Shown: one piece after another, positions 38,881-51,415 of the stretch
Layout: each line of letters begins with the position of its first letter
Position numbering within the stretch: the first letter of the stretch is position 1
From: Pristiophorus japonicus
Lineage: Eukaryota
Direction: 5' to 3'
Length of the DNA stretch: 64,000 bases
Assembly (NCBI RefSeq): GCF_044704955.1
Contig: NC_091988.1
Span: 52,638,001 to 52,702,000 of the forward strand
Position numbers and translations under genes: made by a program
Notes under the pieces: model-generated
Databases searched by the model: none
Told to the model about the DNA's origin: nothing
Seen by the model: the letters and a program-made list of their open reading frames with translations, nothing else

Positions 38881-39607
38881 TACTAATTAATGTGATATTG
38901 TATGTTGGTGGAAGTAAACAGCAGAAAGTCAAAGGGTAAAGATAAGCATATTTTCAGAGGCTATACAGTTTATTCTGGTCAGACAATCCCTCAAATGTAA
39001 AAATGCCCTTTTATACAAAAATCTTTTCTTCCAATGCCAAAAATACAAAAAATGGCTTGGGCCATAATTTGCACATAATAAATGCTTCCAAAATTCAATC
39101 TATTGCATAAGAGAAAGAAAGAAAATGCTGGTACCAGTAAAAGTGACTTGAAGCTGTCGGATTATTGTAAAAACCCAATTGGTTTACTAATGTCCTCACA
39201 AATGGAACTCTGCTGTCCTTTCCTGGTCTGGCCTATCCAGTCCCCCACCAACGTGGTAGGCCTTTTGAAGTGTCCTAGCAAGCCGCTCAGTTTCAATAAA
39301 TGCCAATCCCACACTCCCTAAGTTGGAACAAAATGCACGTGTGATGTTTATTTTCTTTAATTTGGGGAAATTAAATTTCATCTCCGCACAATTAAAATTG
39401 TAAATTTAATTAAATGGGTTATTTATCCTAATAAGAAACTCCAACATGAACCATGGCTTTGAAAGAAAAGCATCATTTATTATATACCAGACAAATACAG
39501 GTTGAGAGTTAAACAATATCTACAGGTCACACACAATTTAGAAATACTTTAATAACAAAAAAAGAACAGGCAACCTTCTGACTCCAAAATGCATACACTT
39601 GTTAAGA

Positions 39608-40050
39608 CAACAATAACGTATATTTATATAGCACCTTTAACATAGTAAAAAGCTCCAAGGCACTTCACAGGAGTGTTATAAAACAACATTTGACATTGAG
39701 CCACATAAGGAGGTATTAGATCAGATGAAGTAGGTTTTTAAGGAGCTTCTTAAAGGAGGAAAGAGAAGTAGAGAGGTTTAGGGTGGGAATTCCAGAGCAT
39801 AGGGCCTTGTTAACTGAAGGCATGGCCACCAATGGTTGAGCGATTAAAATCAGGAATGCTCAAGAGGCCAGAATTAAGGATTGGAGGAGATTACGGAGAC
39901 AGGGAGGGGCGAGGCCATGGAGGTATTTTTGAAAACAAGAATGAGAATTTTAAAATCAAGATATTGCTCAACTGGGAACCAATGTAGGTCAGCGAGTACA
40001 AGGGTAATTGTTAGGACACGGTCAGCAGAGTTTTGGATGACCTCAAGTTA
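39608..40050 (-). mobile_element. L2-clade LINE 3' fragment
   Basis: Similar to 16820-17330 and 41150-41810. Confidence 0.75.
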
Positions 40051-41149
40051 GAGAAAATGGCCTACATTATACTAACTCCTTAAAAGAAAATTTTGTATAC
40101 TTGAGATTGGCTCAAACTTTGAAGTTTATCGAGGCTTTGTAGACGTCTCAATGCCCATGGGTAGTTTCCTGGCACATGTTTTCAGGATCAGGATCATGTT
40201 TTCTGTCCAGTAGTTGAGGGGTCAAGAGCGAGGGACAATAGATACAGGAGTATATGATCTAAAGATAGGTAAATTGGTATATGCATTGCTTTAAAGGGAA
40301 CATTAAGCTATGATTTGCATATAATATTAGGTGAACGTGTTACAATTTCTGCAGTGTTATGTCACATGTGAGCCTCTTTTATCCTGTGGGTGTATTTAAT
40401 ATATTGACAGTGAGGATGGCTTGGAATTTACCAGTTGCAACAGGAAAATGATTTCCTCCACATTGCAATTGTACATGCATCCATTTCTAGGATGTGAATT
40501 CAGAGTAATTTGCCCATACTACAACACAATATGGTAAAGAAAATGATCGTATTCATGCATGATACTATGCATGCTAATATTGTAATTGTATCAGAATTTA
40601 AAAAGATGACTTGAGCTGTATTGGTTAGGATCTGGCCCAAGTATGACTTCAGCACTTGTGGACTGTGCAATGTAATTAATTGAAATACAGTCTAACACTG
40701 GTAATTCAAAGTTGTTTTTTCACTAGGAATAACATTATCCAATAATTTAAATTAAGAGGCATAAATAATACTTCAAACTGGCAATTTAGTTACAAATGTT
40801 TAAATTATCAGGCAATTTGAATTAAGTAACTTTAAATTAAAAGTAGATTCTATGTAGTATGATTTGCGTTCATTGAATTTTCTCCCAAACAATTAGCTCA
40901 ATTAGTGTCGTTCGTCCACTAGTGAAACATACAATAGAATTTGTAAACTTGTATTAATGCTGTTAAAAGTTACCTTAATGTCTAGACTGTCATTTTCCAC
41001 GTGGTAATAATTGTATGTAGTCTGCACAAGGTGGGAAATGGCAATGGGATAATGAAAGACTGAGATTGAAAGACAGGGAAAGAGAATGAAAACACAATTT
41101 AAAAATAAGACAAAGACTGAAAATAATAGACAACAGCAATAATAGAAAA

Positions 41150-41810
41150 AAAAAACTTTTATTTATACAATGCCTTTAACGTAGTAAAACATCCCAAGGT
41201 GCTTCACAGCAGTGTTGCAAGGCAAATCAGATAAATTTGACACCGAGCCACAAAAGAAGAAATTAAGGCAGATGACTAAAAGCTTGGTCAAAGAGGTAGG
41301 TTTTAAGGAGCATCTTAAAGGAGGAAAGAAAGTTCGAGAGGCAGAGAGGTTTAGGGAGAGAATTCCAGAACTTAGGACCCAAACAGTTGAAGGCAGTTAT
41401 AATGAGAGATGTTCAAGAGGGTAGAATTTGAGAGGCACAGACATCTTGTGGGGTTGTGAGGCTGAAAAAGATTACAGAGATAGGAAGGGGCAAGTCCATG
41501 GAGGAATTTGTAAACGAGGATGAGAATTTTGAAATTGAGGCATTGGTTAACCGGGAGCCAATGTAGGTCAGAAAGCACAGGGGTGATGGGTGATCGTGAC
41601 TTGGTGCGAGTTAGGACACGGGCTGCTGAGTTTTGGATGACCTCAGGTTTACGTAGTGTAGAATGTGGGAGTCCAGCCAGGAGTTAGTTGGAGTAGTCAA
41701 GTCTAGAGGTAACAAAGGCATGAATGAGGGTTTCAGCAGCAGAAGAGCTGAGGGAGGGGTGGAGACGGGCAATGTTACGGTGGTGGAAAAGGGCAGTTTT
41801 TGTTATGAGG
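41150..41810 (-). mobile_element. L2-clade LINE 3' fragment
   Basis: LSDLHWLPV...FKILILVYKFLHGLAPSYL peptide. Confidence 0.8.
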
Positions 41811-42559
41811 TAAGAAAGAGCGAAACTAAAAACCGAGAGATAATTTAAAAAACAGCAATGTCCCGAAGATTCATCTTCAATTCCTTAAACTCCAAGACAA
41901 TCCCGGAGGGTTTACAACCTTCGTGTAACATATGGTGTAACAGTATAGGAAACATTGTAACACGATATCACACAAGATTACTAGAGACATCAAAACTGAC
42001 ACGTTCAATCCCTGTTAGTCAAACAGTACCTGCAGACAAACCTTCTCCTGGATTCAACACACAAGATGAAACTGATTGAGGATCTGTTGAGATCAATGAT
42101 TGAGGGGCATATCTTCTAGTCAACATTTGTACCAGTTACCCTATGAATAAACATTCTGGGCCATTTCTGAACACAGGTAATGTTTCTTTCTTTTCATGAT
42201 ATTGACTTTGGTGTTTCCTTTTTTTTGTTCCTTCTGGGAGGGGACAGACTAGCTCAGCCACAGACTAACATACCTAGACCACCACCCATTGGCTAGCAGG
42301 GAACTCATGTTTAGTCAGTCAGCGAGTCAGTGTGGATAATGATTTCCCATTTAAGACATTCCACCAATGTGAACTGCACTTTCTATTAACACAACAAAGA
42401 ATTGATGGCACTGCAGCTGACAGACTGGAGTGACAAACCGGCATCAATGGGACTGAGGAAACTCACCCTGGCTGTATCAGTTATGTGCCTCATTTCCAGT
42501 TTTTATTTTAGTTTAAATTTCCCAGCAATATTCAGTTTTTATTTCATTTTTCATTTTAT

Positions 42560-43000
42560 GAAGAAAGGTTGAGCAGCTTGGGCCTATACTCATTGGAATT
42601 TAGAAGAATGAGAGGTGATCGTATTGAAACGTATAAGATTCTGAGGGGGCTTGACGGGGTAGATGCAGAGAGGATGTTTCCCCTCATGAGGGAATCTAGG
42701 GGACATGGTTTCAGAATAAGGGGTCACCCATTTAAAACAGAGATGAGGAGGAATTTCTTCTCTCAGAGGGTTATGAATCTTTGGAATTCTCTACCCCAGA
42801 GAGAGCTGTCGAGGCTGGGTCATTGAACATAATTAAGGTGGTGATAAAAATATTTTTGAATGATAAGGGAGTCCAGGGTGATGGGGAACAGGCAGGAAAG
42901 TGGAGTTGAGGTCAAGATCAGATCAGCCATGATCTTATTGAGCAGGCTCGAGGGGCCAAATGGCCTACTCCTGCTCCTCTTTCTTATGTTCTTATGTTCT
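42560..43000 (+). mobile_element. CR1 3' fragment
   Basis: LGLYSLEFRRMRGD ORF and ttcttatgttcttatgttc tail. Confidence 0.9.
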
Positions 43001-44765
43001 TTTTAAAAATTACACCCAAATGAAAACTAAGAGGAATATTCAATATCACAAAACATTTTTCTCACTTTTATTCCTTTTTAAAATTAGTTTATTTTTTAAA
43101 TGCTTCTTTCTAATTCTACTTAAATGATATAATCTTTTTTATATTTTTTAGCTAGTATACCACAGAGAAGATGAAAGAAAATGCTGCAGCCATATTGGAC
43201 ACTATCAGCATGTGCAGTTGAAAGAGACACACACAACCAAATCTCTTGAGAATCAAAAAAGTGAGATTTTTTTTGAAATTATGCATGTTGGCAAATTTAG
43301 TAGTTCTCAGGATTAAATCAATAAAATCTGACTGTAGCTAAATCCAGAGATTTTTAATTTATCTGTATAAAAGATATATATTTAAAAACTGAAAATAATG
43401 AGCCTAATGTGTCTGGCAGGTTGCAGTGATGGGTCTCCAGGGGCCCTGGGAGGGAAGTCTAATTTTCTTGAAACTCAAAACATCTAACCTTTTGATCTTT
43501 CATATCATAGAGGGATTATAGGTCACTCAGCCTATTATGTACTTTTAAGGATGTTCCATGATTGACAGTAATTTCACTCCACACTCAGCACTGCGCACCT
43601 CCAATTCTGGCCTCTTGCGCAACCCCAATTTTCATCGTTCCACCATTGACGGCCGTGCCTTCAGCTGCCAAGGCCGTAAGCTCTAGAATTCTCTCCCTAA
43701 ACCTCTCCAGCTCTCTCTTCTTTCAAGATGCTCCTTCAAACCTATCTCTTTGGCGAAACTTTTGTTCTCCTGTCTGAATATCTGTGTGTGTGACTCGGTG
43801 TCAAATTTTGTCTGGTAATGCTCCTGTGAGGTGCCTTGATGCATTTTACTATGTTAAAGGCACCAAAGAAATACAAGTAGATTACATCAGGTTGTTGCTC
43901 CTAGATCAACGGTGAGTACGATGTCTGTTTAACAGTGTGAAGTCTCAGAGTAAAAGAGGAGTAGTGACATTAACGGGCATATCTCCATCACTTTCCGGTA
44001 GAGTTGTGGTTGCCAGCATGAGCTATGTTTACAGAACATGAGCTATGCTTATAAGAACATAAGAATTAGGAACAGGAGTAGGCCATCTAGCCCCTCGAGC
44101 CTGCTCCGCCATTCAATAAGATCATGGCTGATCTGGTCGTGGACTCAGCTCCACTTACCCGCCCTCTCCCCGTAACCCTTAATTCCCTTATTGCTTAAAA
44201 ATCTATCTATCTATCTTTGACTTGAAAACATTCAATGAGCCAGCCTCAACTGCTTCCTTGGGCAGAGAATTCCACAGATTCACAACCCTCCGGGAGAAGA
44301 AATTCTTTCTCAACTCGGTTTTAAATTGGCTCCTCCATATTTTGAGGCTGTGCCCCCTAGTTCTAGTCTCCCCCACCAATGGAAACAACCTCTCTGCCTC
44401 TATCTTGTCTATCCCTTTCATGATTTTAAATGTTTCTATAAGATCACCCCTCATCCTTCTGAACTCCAAGGAGTAAAGACCCAGTCTACTCAATCTATCA
44501 TCATAAGTTAACCCCCTCATTTCTCGAATTAGCCTAGTGAATCGTCTCTGTACCCCTTCCAAAGCTAGTATATCCTTCCTTAAGTAAGGTGACCAAAACT
44601 GCACGCAGTACTCCAGGTGCGGCCTTACCAATACCTTATACAGTTGCAGCAACACCTCCCTGCTTTTGTACTCCATCCCTTTCGCAATGAAGGCCAACAT
44701 TCCATTTGCCTTCCTGATTACCTGCTGCACCTGCAAACTAATCTTTTGGGATTCATGCACAAGGA

Positions 44766-44836
44766 GCCGGGCGCGGTGGCGCGCGCCTGTTATCCGGCGA
44801 CTCGGAGGCTGAGGCTATCGGATTACTCAAAAGAGT
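44766..44836 (+). mobile_element. 71-bp 7SL RNA (Alu-domain)-derived insert with a Tx1-shared tail; candidate SINE1 or 7SL/Tx1 chimera
   Basis: Begins GCCGGGCGCGGTGGCGCGCGCCTGT...GGAGGCTGAGGCT, matching the 7SL 5' end from nucleotide 1. Ends ACTCAAAAGAGT. Flanked by the 14-bp direct repeat TTCATGCACAAGGA. Confidence 0.85.
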
Positions 44837-44850
44837 TTCATGCACAAGGA

Positions 44851-45499
44851 CCTGCAATTTCTGCGGTCTGGAAGAGTCTGTGTTCCATGTTTTTATGGAA
44901 TGCACAAGGTTGCAGCCCCTGTTTTATTATTTGAAGGGGCTGCTCCTGAAATTCTGGCTGCACTTCAGTCCCACTCTCCTGATCTTTGGGCACCCTGTGC
45001 GGAGGGGAGCGGGTAGGTCCGAAGGCCTCCTCGTAGGACTGCTCCTGGGCACGGCCAAGGGTGCCATCAGCCGGTCCAGGCAGCGGGCGGTCGAGGGGGT
45101 CGTTCAACCTGACTGCCTGCCTCTCTTCCGCTCTTACATCCGGTCCAGGGTGTCCTTGGAGATGGAGCACGCGGTGTCCACCGGTATGCTCGCGGCCTTC
45201 CGCGAGAGGTGGGCACCGGAGGGACTGGAGTGCATCATCACGCCCGGCAACCAAATTTTAATTTGATTTTACGTTTTAAAGTTTAATTTGTTTTAATTGC
45301 CGGTGCTTTTAGTGTCCCCCTCTCCTTTTATAGGGGGCACTGGAAAAAGGAAAATTTGATTTTAGTGCCCAAAAAAAAACCCACAAAAAAACCCCCAAAA
45401 AAAACAAAAAAAAAGGGCCTTGTAAATGTCTTGTGTGTGTCATCCAGGTCGGGTGGCACGGATACATGTTTTATGTTTTGCAGGTTAACTCAAAAGAGT
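44851..45499 (+). mobile_element. 5'-truncated Tx1-clade LINE (ORF2 C-terminal zinc finger and 3' UTR)
   Basis: Open frame CNFCGLEESVFHVFMEC...LLLGTAKGAI...FRERW, typical of the L1/Tx1 ORF2 C-terminus, stop at 45266. A-rich UTR ends in ACTCAAAAGAGT. Flanked by TTCATGCACAAGGA(CC) repeats. Confidence 0.85.
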
Positions 45500-48400
45500 T
45501 TCATGCACAAGGACCCCCAGGTCCCTCTGCACCACAGCATGTTGTAATTTCTCCCCATTCAAATAATATTCCCTTTTACTGTTTTTTTTCCCAAGGTGGA
45601 TGACCTCACATTTTCCGACATTGTATTCCATCTGCCAAACCTTAGCCCATTCGCTTAACCTATCCAAATCTCCTTGTAGTCTCTCTGAGTCCTCTACACA
45701 ACCCGCTTTCCCACTAATCTTAGTCTCATCTGAAAATTTTGTTACACTACACTCTGTCCCCTCCTCTAGGTCATCTATGTATATTGTAAACAGTTGTGGT
45801 CCCAGCACTGATCCCTGTGGCACACCACTAACCACTGATTTCCAACCGGAAAAGGACCCATTTATCCCGACTCTCTGCTTTCTGTTCGCCAGCCAATTCT
45901 CTATCCATGCTAATACATTTCCACTGACTCCGCGTACCTTTATCTTCTGCAGTAACCTTTTGTGTGGCACCTTATCGAATGCCTTTTGGAAATCTAAATA
46001 CACCACATCCATCGGTACACCTCTATCCACCATGCTCGTTATATCCTCAAAGAATTCCAGTAAGTTAGTTAAACATGATTTCCCTTTCATGAATCCATGC
46101 TGCGTCTGCTTGATTGCACTATTCCTATCCAGATGTCCCACTATTTCTTCCTTAATGATAGTTTCAAGCATTTTCCCCACTACAGATGTTAAACTAACCG
46201 GCCTATAGTTACCTGCCTTTTGCCTGCCCCCTCTTTTAAACAGAGGCGTTACATTAGCTGCTCTCCAATCCGCTAGTACCTCCCCAGAGTCCAGAGAATT
46301 TTGGTAGATTATAACGAATGCATCTGCTATAACTTCCGCCATCTCTTTTAATACCCTGGGATACATTTCATCAGGACCAGGGGACTTGTCTACCTTCAAT
46401 CCCGTTAGTCTGTCCAGCACTACCTCCCTAGTGATAGTGATCATCTCAAGGTCTTCCCTTCCCACATTCCTATGACCAGCAATTTTTGGCATGGTTTTTG
46501 TGTCTTCCACTGTGAAGACGGAAGCAAAATAATTGTTTAAGGTCTCAGCCATTTCCACATTTCCCATTATTAAATCCCCCTTTTCATCTTCTGAGGGACC
46601 AACATTTACTTTAGTCACTCTTTTCCGTTTTATACATCTGTAAAAGCTTTTACTATCTGTTTTTGTTTTGCGCAAGTTTACCTTCGTAATCTATCTTCCC
46701 TTTCTTTATTGCTTTTTTAGTCATTTTTTGCTGTTGCTTAAAATCTTCCCAATCCTCTAGTTTCCCACTAACCTTGGCTACCTTATACACATTGGTCTTT
46801 GATTTGATACTTTCTTTTATTTCCTTGCTTATCCACGGCTGGTTATCTCTTCTCTTGCCGCCCTTCTTTTTCACTGGAATATATTTTTGTTGCGCATTAT
46901 GAAAGAGCTCCTTAAAAGTCCTCCACTGTTCCTCAATTGTGCCACCGTTTAGTCCTTGTTTCCAGTCTACTTTAGCCAACTCTGCCCTCATCCCACTGTA
47001 GTCCCCTTTGTTTAAGGATAGTACTCTCGTTTCTGACACAACTTCCTCATCCTCAATCTGTATTACAAATTCAACCATATTGTGATCACTCATTCCGAGA
47101 GGATCTTTTACGAGGAGATCGTTTATTTTTCCTGTCTCGTTACACAGGACCAGATCCAAAATGGCTTGCTCCCTTGTAGGCTCTGTTACATACTGTTCTA
47201 AGAAACAATCCCGTATGCATTCTATGAATTCCTCCTCCAGGCTACCCCCTGCGATTTGATTTGACCAATCGATATGTAGGTTAAAATCCCCCATAACTAC
47301 TGCCGTTCCTTTTTCACATGCCTCCATTATTCCCTTGATTATTGCCCGCCCCACCATGAAGTTATTATTTGGGGGCCTATAAACTACGCCGACCAGTGAC
47401 TTTTTCCCCTTACTATCTCTAATCTCCACCCACAATGATTCAACATTTTGTTCATTGGAGCCAATATCATCCCTCACAACTGCCCTGATATCATCCCTTA
47501 TTAACAGAGCTACCCCACCTCCCTTCCCTTCCTGCCTATCTTTCCGAATCGTCAGATACCCCTGTACGTTTAATTCCCAGTCCTGGCCACCTTGCAACCA
47601 TGTCTCTGTAATGGCCACCAAATCATACCCATTTGTAATGATTTGTGCCGTCAACTCATTTACTTTATTTCTAATGCTGCGTGCATTTAGGTATAGTGTT
47701 TTCATCCTCGTTTTTAAACCATGATTTTTAGTTTTTACCCCTCCTGCAGCCCTTTTATATTCAGTGGCCCTTTTTGTTTCTTGCCTTTGGTTTCTCTGCC
47801 CTCCACTTTTACTCATCTCTTTTCTGTCTTTTGTTTTTGTCTCCTTTTTGTTTCCCTCTGTCTCCCTGTATTGGTTCCCATCCCCCTGCCATATTAGTTT
47901 AACTCCTCACCAACAGCACTAGCAAATACTCCCCCTAGGACATTGGTTCCGTTCCTGCCCAAGTGCAGACCGTCCGGTTTGTACTGGTCCCACCTCCCCT
48001 AGAACCAGTTCCAATGCCCCACGAATTTGAATCCCTCCTTGCTGCACCACTGCTCAAGCCACGTATTCATCTGTGCTATCCTGCGATTCCTACTCTGACT
48101 AGCACGTGGCACTGGTAGCAATCCCGAGATTACTACTTTTGAGGTCCTACTTTTTAATTTAACTCCTAGCTCCTTAAATTCGTCTCGTAGGACCTTATCC
48201 CTTTTTTTTTACCTATGTCGTTGGTACCAATGTGCACCACGACAACTGGCTGTTCTCCCTCCCGTTTCCAGCTATAATCCAGCTCCTTCGCAGTCAAGGG
48301 GCGTTATCACTTCAAGCCGACAGCACCACCTCATTTCAGAAACACTCACAGTTTAACACAGAAACACAGAAACACAGAAATTTACAGCGCAGAAGGAGGC

Positions 48401-49775
48401 CATTTCAGCCCATCGTGTCTGCGCCGGCCGACAAAGAGCCGTACAACCCTTCGTCAGAAACAGAAACAGACAGAGCAAAGCTTTTGGATGTTAATCACAA
48501 TTCTCTGATGGTTGTAAAGGACTCTGATGTTGCGATTCTCCTGTAATCACATGCAGCTTGTGGTGACGGTGTGTGAAATAGATTGGGCTGAAATTCTTGT
48601 TCAAACAGCAAATGTGTGATGAGTTTTAAATGCAGGTTCATGCACACCATGAGTTCAGCAGAAAGACTGCTTTCAGAATATATGGCAGGCGTTGACAGAT
48701 TATAAAGCAGAAAGATAGCACAAACCCAAACTCAAACCCATAGACTGAAGAGGCTGTCACATGAGAATATAGTTCTCACTATTGCTTAGTAAACCTCCAT
48801 TGGGGGCAAACAAAGAACAGAGCATGGCCCCTCGATACCACATACTCCTCTTGGTAGCTTTTCAAAATGTGGGTCAAAAGTTTAGTACTGTTACTATAGC
48901 TGCACTTTTTAAGTTGTTTCTTTTTACATCTTTGAGTAAACGTTCCTTTATGTTTAAATTGGGGCCCTGAAAATGTAGGGTTCAGATGGATATCTGAGAT
49001 GGTGGACCACTGAGCGTTGCTTTTCCCATTTCAACACAGCCCTCCACCCCGCCCTCATTCCACCTCAAGGACAATTTGCAGGTGAGGCAGGCACCTGATG
49101 GTACCTCTCAGGTCCAACAAAAATGCAGCTTTCTGATGCTATGGCGGCCACAGAGGTGTCCTATTTTATATAAAAGAGTGGTAGGCCACAGAACTACCAC
49201 AAGAAGCTGGAGAGGAGGAAACAATTAAAGTGTACCCATTCCAGCACTCCTTATGCTGTCCTGTCCTAGGCCATAACAACAGGCCTGCAGTTGTACTGCT
49301 CCCAGCACTCTGCCAGTTCCACTCCCGAGCTGACAGGAAATTCCCTGGTCTGAGCTCAGTACATCCTTATTGGCACAGCTGCAGTCAGGAACTCGCAGCA
49401 TGAGTCAGAATCCTGCATCCAACCGTCTCACAATTCCTCATTTTAAAAATCTTCTTTAAAAAAAAAAATTCAGAACTCTAGATGAAGGGCCAAGGCTCCA
49501 AGTGTAGAGGACCACTAAGCTTGCAAAGAGCAGGAGATAAGGTAAAGTAAATTAAAAAGTAATGATTAGGTAATGTCATGGTTAAAGATTGTAGGCAGAA
49601 CAGAAGACTAAAAGAAGTGAGGAGTTCCAAAATGTTTAGGTCTTGGAATCAAAGAGTTTGTTTTTAATTTGTTCTCAGATGTGAGCTATGTTGGCAGACT
49701 GCATTTATTGGCCTAGTTGCCCTGGGATCACGGTGGTGGGACTTCTCTTTGAAACACTGCAGTCCATGTGGTGAT

Positions 49776-50120
49776 AACATAAGAACATAAGAGTTAGGAG
49801 CAGGAGAAGGCTATTCATCCCCTCGAGCCTGCTCCACCATTCAATGATATCATGGCTGATGTTATACCTCAACTCCATTTTCCTGCTCTATCCCCATATA
49901 CCTTGATTCCCTTAATATCCAAAAATCTGTCAATCTCTGTCTTGAATATACTCAAGGACTGAGCCTCCACAGCCCTCTGGGGTAGAGAATTCCAGAGATT
50001 CACCACCCTCTGAGTGAAGACGTTTCTCCTCATCTCAGTCCTAAATGGCCGACTCCTTATTCTGAGACTGTGACCCTGGTTCTAGACTCCTCAGCCAGAG
50101 GAAACATTCTCCCTGCACCA
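49776..50120 (-). mobile_element. CR1 3' fragment
   Basis: Reverse-complement CR1 tail (aacataagaacataag) and CR1 UTR. Confidence 0.85.
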
Positions 50121-50171
50121 ACCTGTGATGGTGCTCTCACAATGGTGTTATCTAGGGAATTCCAAGATATA

Positions 50172-51415
50172 GGGCCCAAGTTTCCACAAGAAAAAAAACG
50201 GGCGCCCCTCCGAGCTGGGCGCCCGTTTTTCACGCCTAAAACGGCGCCTAATAAAATCCTCGGTATTCTCCACCGACTTACAGGTCCTGTGGCACTCGGC
50301 GCAGCCGGCACGAGCTGTGGAGCCAGGTCCCTGCGCTGAAAACAGTGCCGGGACCTCTGCACATGCGCGCTACAGTCGGCACGCAAGTGCAATGGCTCCA
50401 GGCGCCAAACTGTGTGGGAGGGGCCTGAAGCACGCAGCCCCTAGCCCTGGCCGAATGGCCTCACTGGGGCTGCGTGAATGAGGCTCCTCCCACGGTCAGC
50501 TCCTGCTCCCCGCCCGACCAGACCCGACACTCGCTCCTCTCCGCCGACCGGACCCTACTCGACACCCGCTCCCCCCCCCCCCCAACACCCGAGACCCGCT
50601 CCCACCCCCCCCCCGACCCGACACCCGCTCTCACCCCCCCGACCCGACACCCGAGACCCGCTCCCCTCCACCCCGACCGAGACCCGAGACCCGCACTCCA
50701 CCCCCCCCCACCGCCCCAAGACCCGCTCCCCGCCCCGACCCGAGGCCCGCTCCCCCCCCCCCGACCCGCTCCCCGCCCTGACCCGACACCCGCTCCCCCC
50801 ACCTCCCCGCCCTGACCCGACACCCGCTTCCCCCCCGCTCCTGTTCCCCGACCCCCCCCCCCCCCCGCTCTCTTCCCTCCCTCTCTCTCCCTCTCCCTCT
50901 CCCTCCCTCTCTTGCTCAGCGGCACGAATAGCTGCAGAATTCTCCCTGGCTGAAGCACTTTCACACAGGTAGGAAGATGGTTTATTTAATCTTTTCTTGG
51001 CTTATAAATGTTTATTCAGGTTGGATTTATTTGTATAATATTTGTAGAAGTATAAATAAGGATTTATTGTCGAATTTAATGAGTTCCCTTCCCCCCCACC
51101 TCGTTCTGGACGCCTAATTTGTAACCTGCGCCTGATTTTTTAATGTGTAGAATAGGTTTTTTCAGTTCTACAAAAATCTTCACTGGCGCCATTCTACTTT
51201 AGTTTGGAGTACATTTTCACTGTGGAAACTTTCAAATCAGGCGTCAGTGGCCGGACACGCCCCCTTTTAAAGAAAAAATTCTGTTCTAAACTAGAACTGT
51301 TTACCTAACTAGAACTGCAGAAAAAAAAATGTGGAGAATTGCGATTTCTAAAATAGTCCGTTCTCCACCAGTTGCTCCTAAAAATCAGGCGCGAATCATG
51401 TGGAAACTTGGGCCC
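50172..51415. mobile_element. PIF/Harbinger-type MITE with a GC-rich internal repeat array
   Basis: Perfect 17-bp TIR GGGCCCAAGTTTCCACA, flanks ATA/ATT, CpG-rich interior, degenerate (acccg/ctccc) repeats at 50505-50900. Confidence 0.85.

Larger units (their letters stand above)
44052..48265 (-). mobile_element. Long CR1-clade LINE (ORF1 C-terminus, ORF2, 3' tail), interrupted at 44766-45499
   Basis: ORF1 SGNH-esterase motifs VHIGTND and DGLHL (47950-48250). APE endonuclease ORF 46653-47816. RT ORF 45485-46675 with [11 protein letters not shown]-terminal ORF 44203-44760. (TTCTTATG)n-type tail. Confidence 0.95.

Noticed and set aside
41858-42176. Possible extra TTLL3 exon with donor CAG|GTAAT at 42176 and ATG near 42143
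   Set aside because: No homology or clear acceptor was seen, and its phase does not fit the 60505 exon. It could be a UTR or alternative exon but is unsupported.
44766-44836. Functional 7SL RNA gene or primate Alu contamination
   Set aside because: Only about 55 nt of the 5' Alu domain is present, with no S domain or poly(A). It is embedded with TSDs in a local CR1 and carries a non-primate tail.
50461-50972. Gly-rich and Pro-rich ORFs
   Set aside because: They are translations of the GC-rich repeat array inside a MITE.
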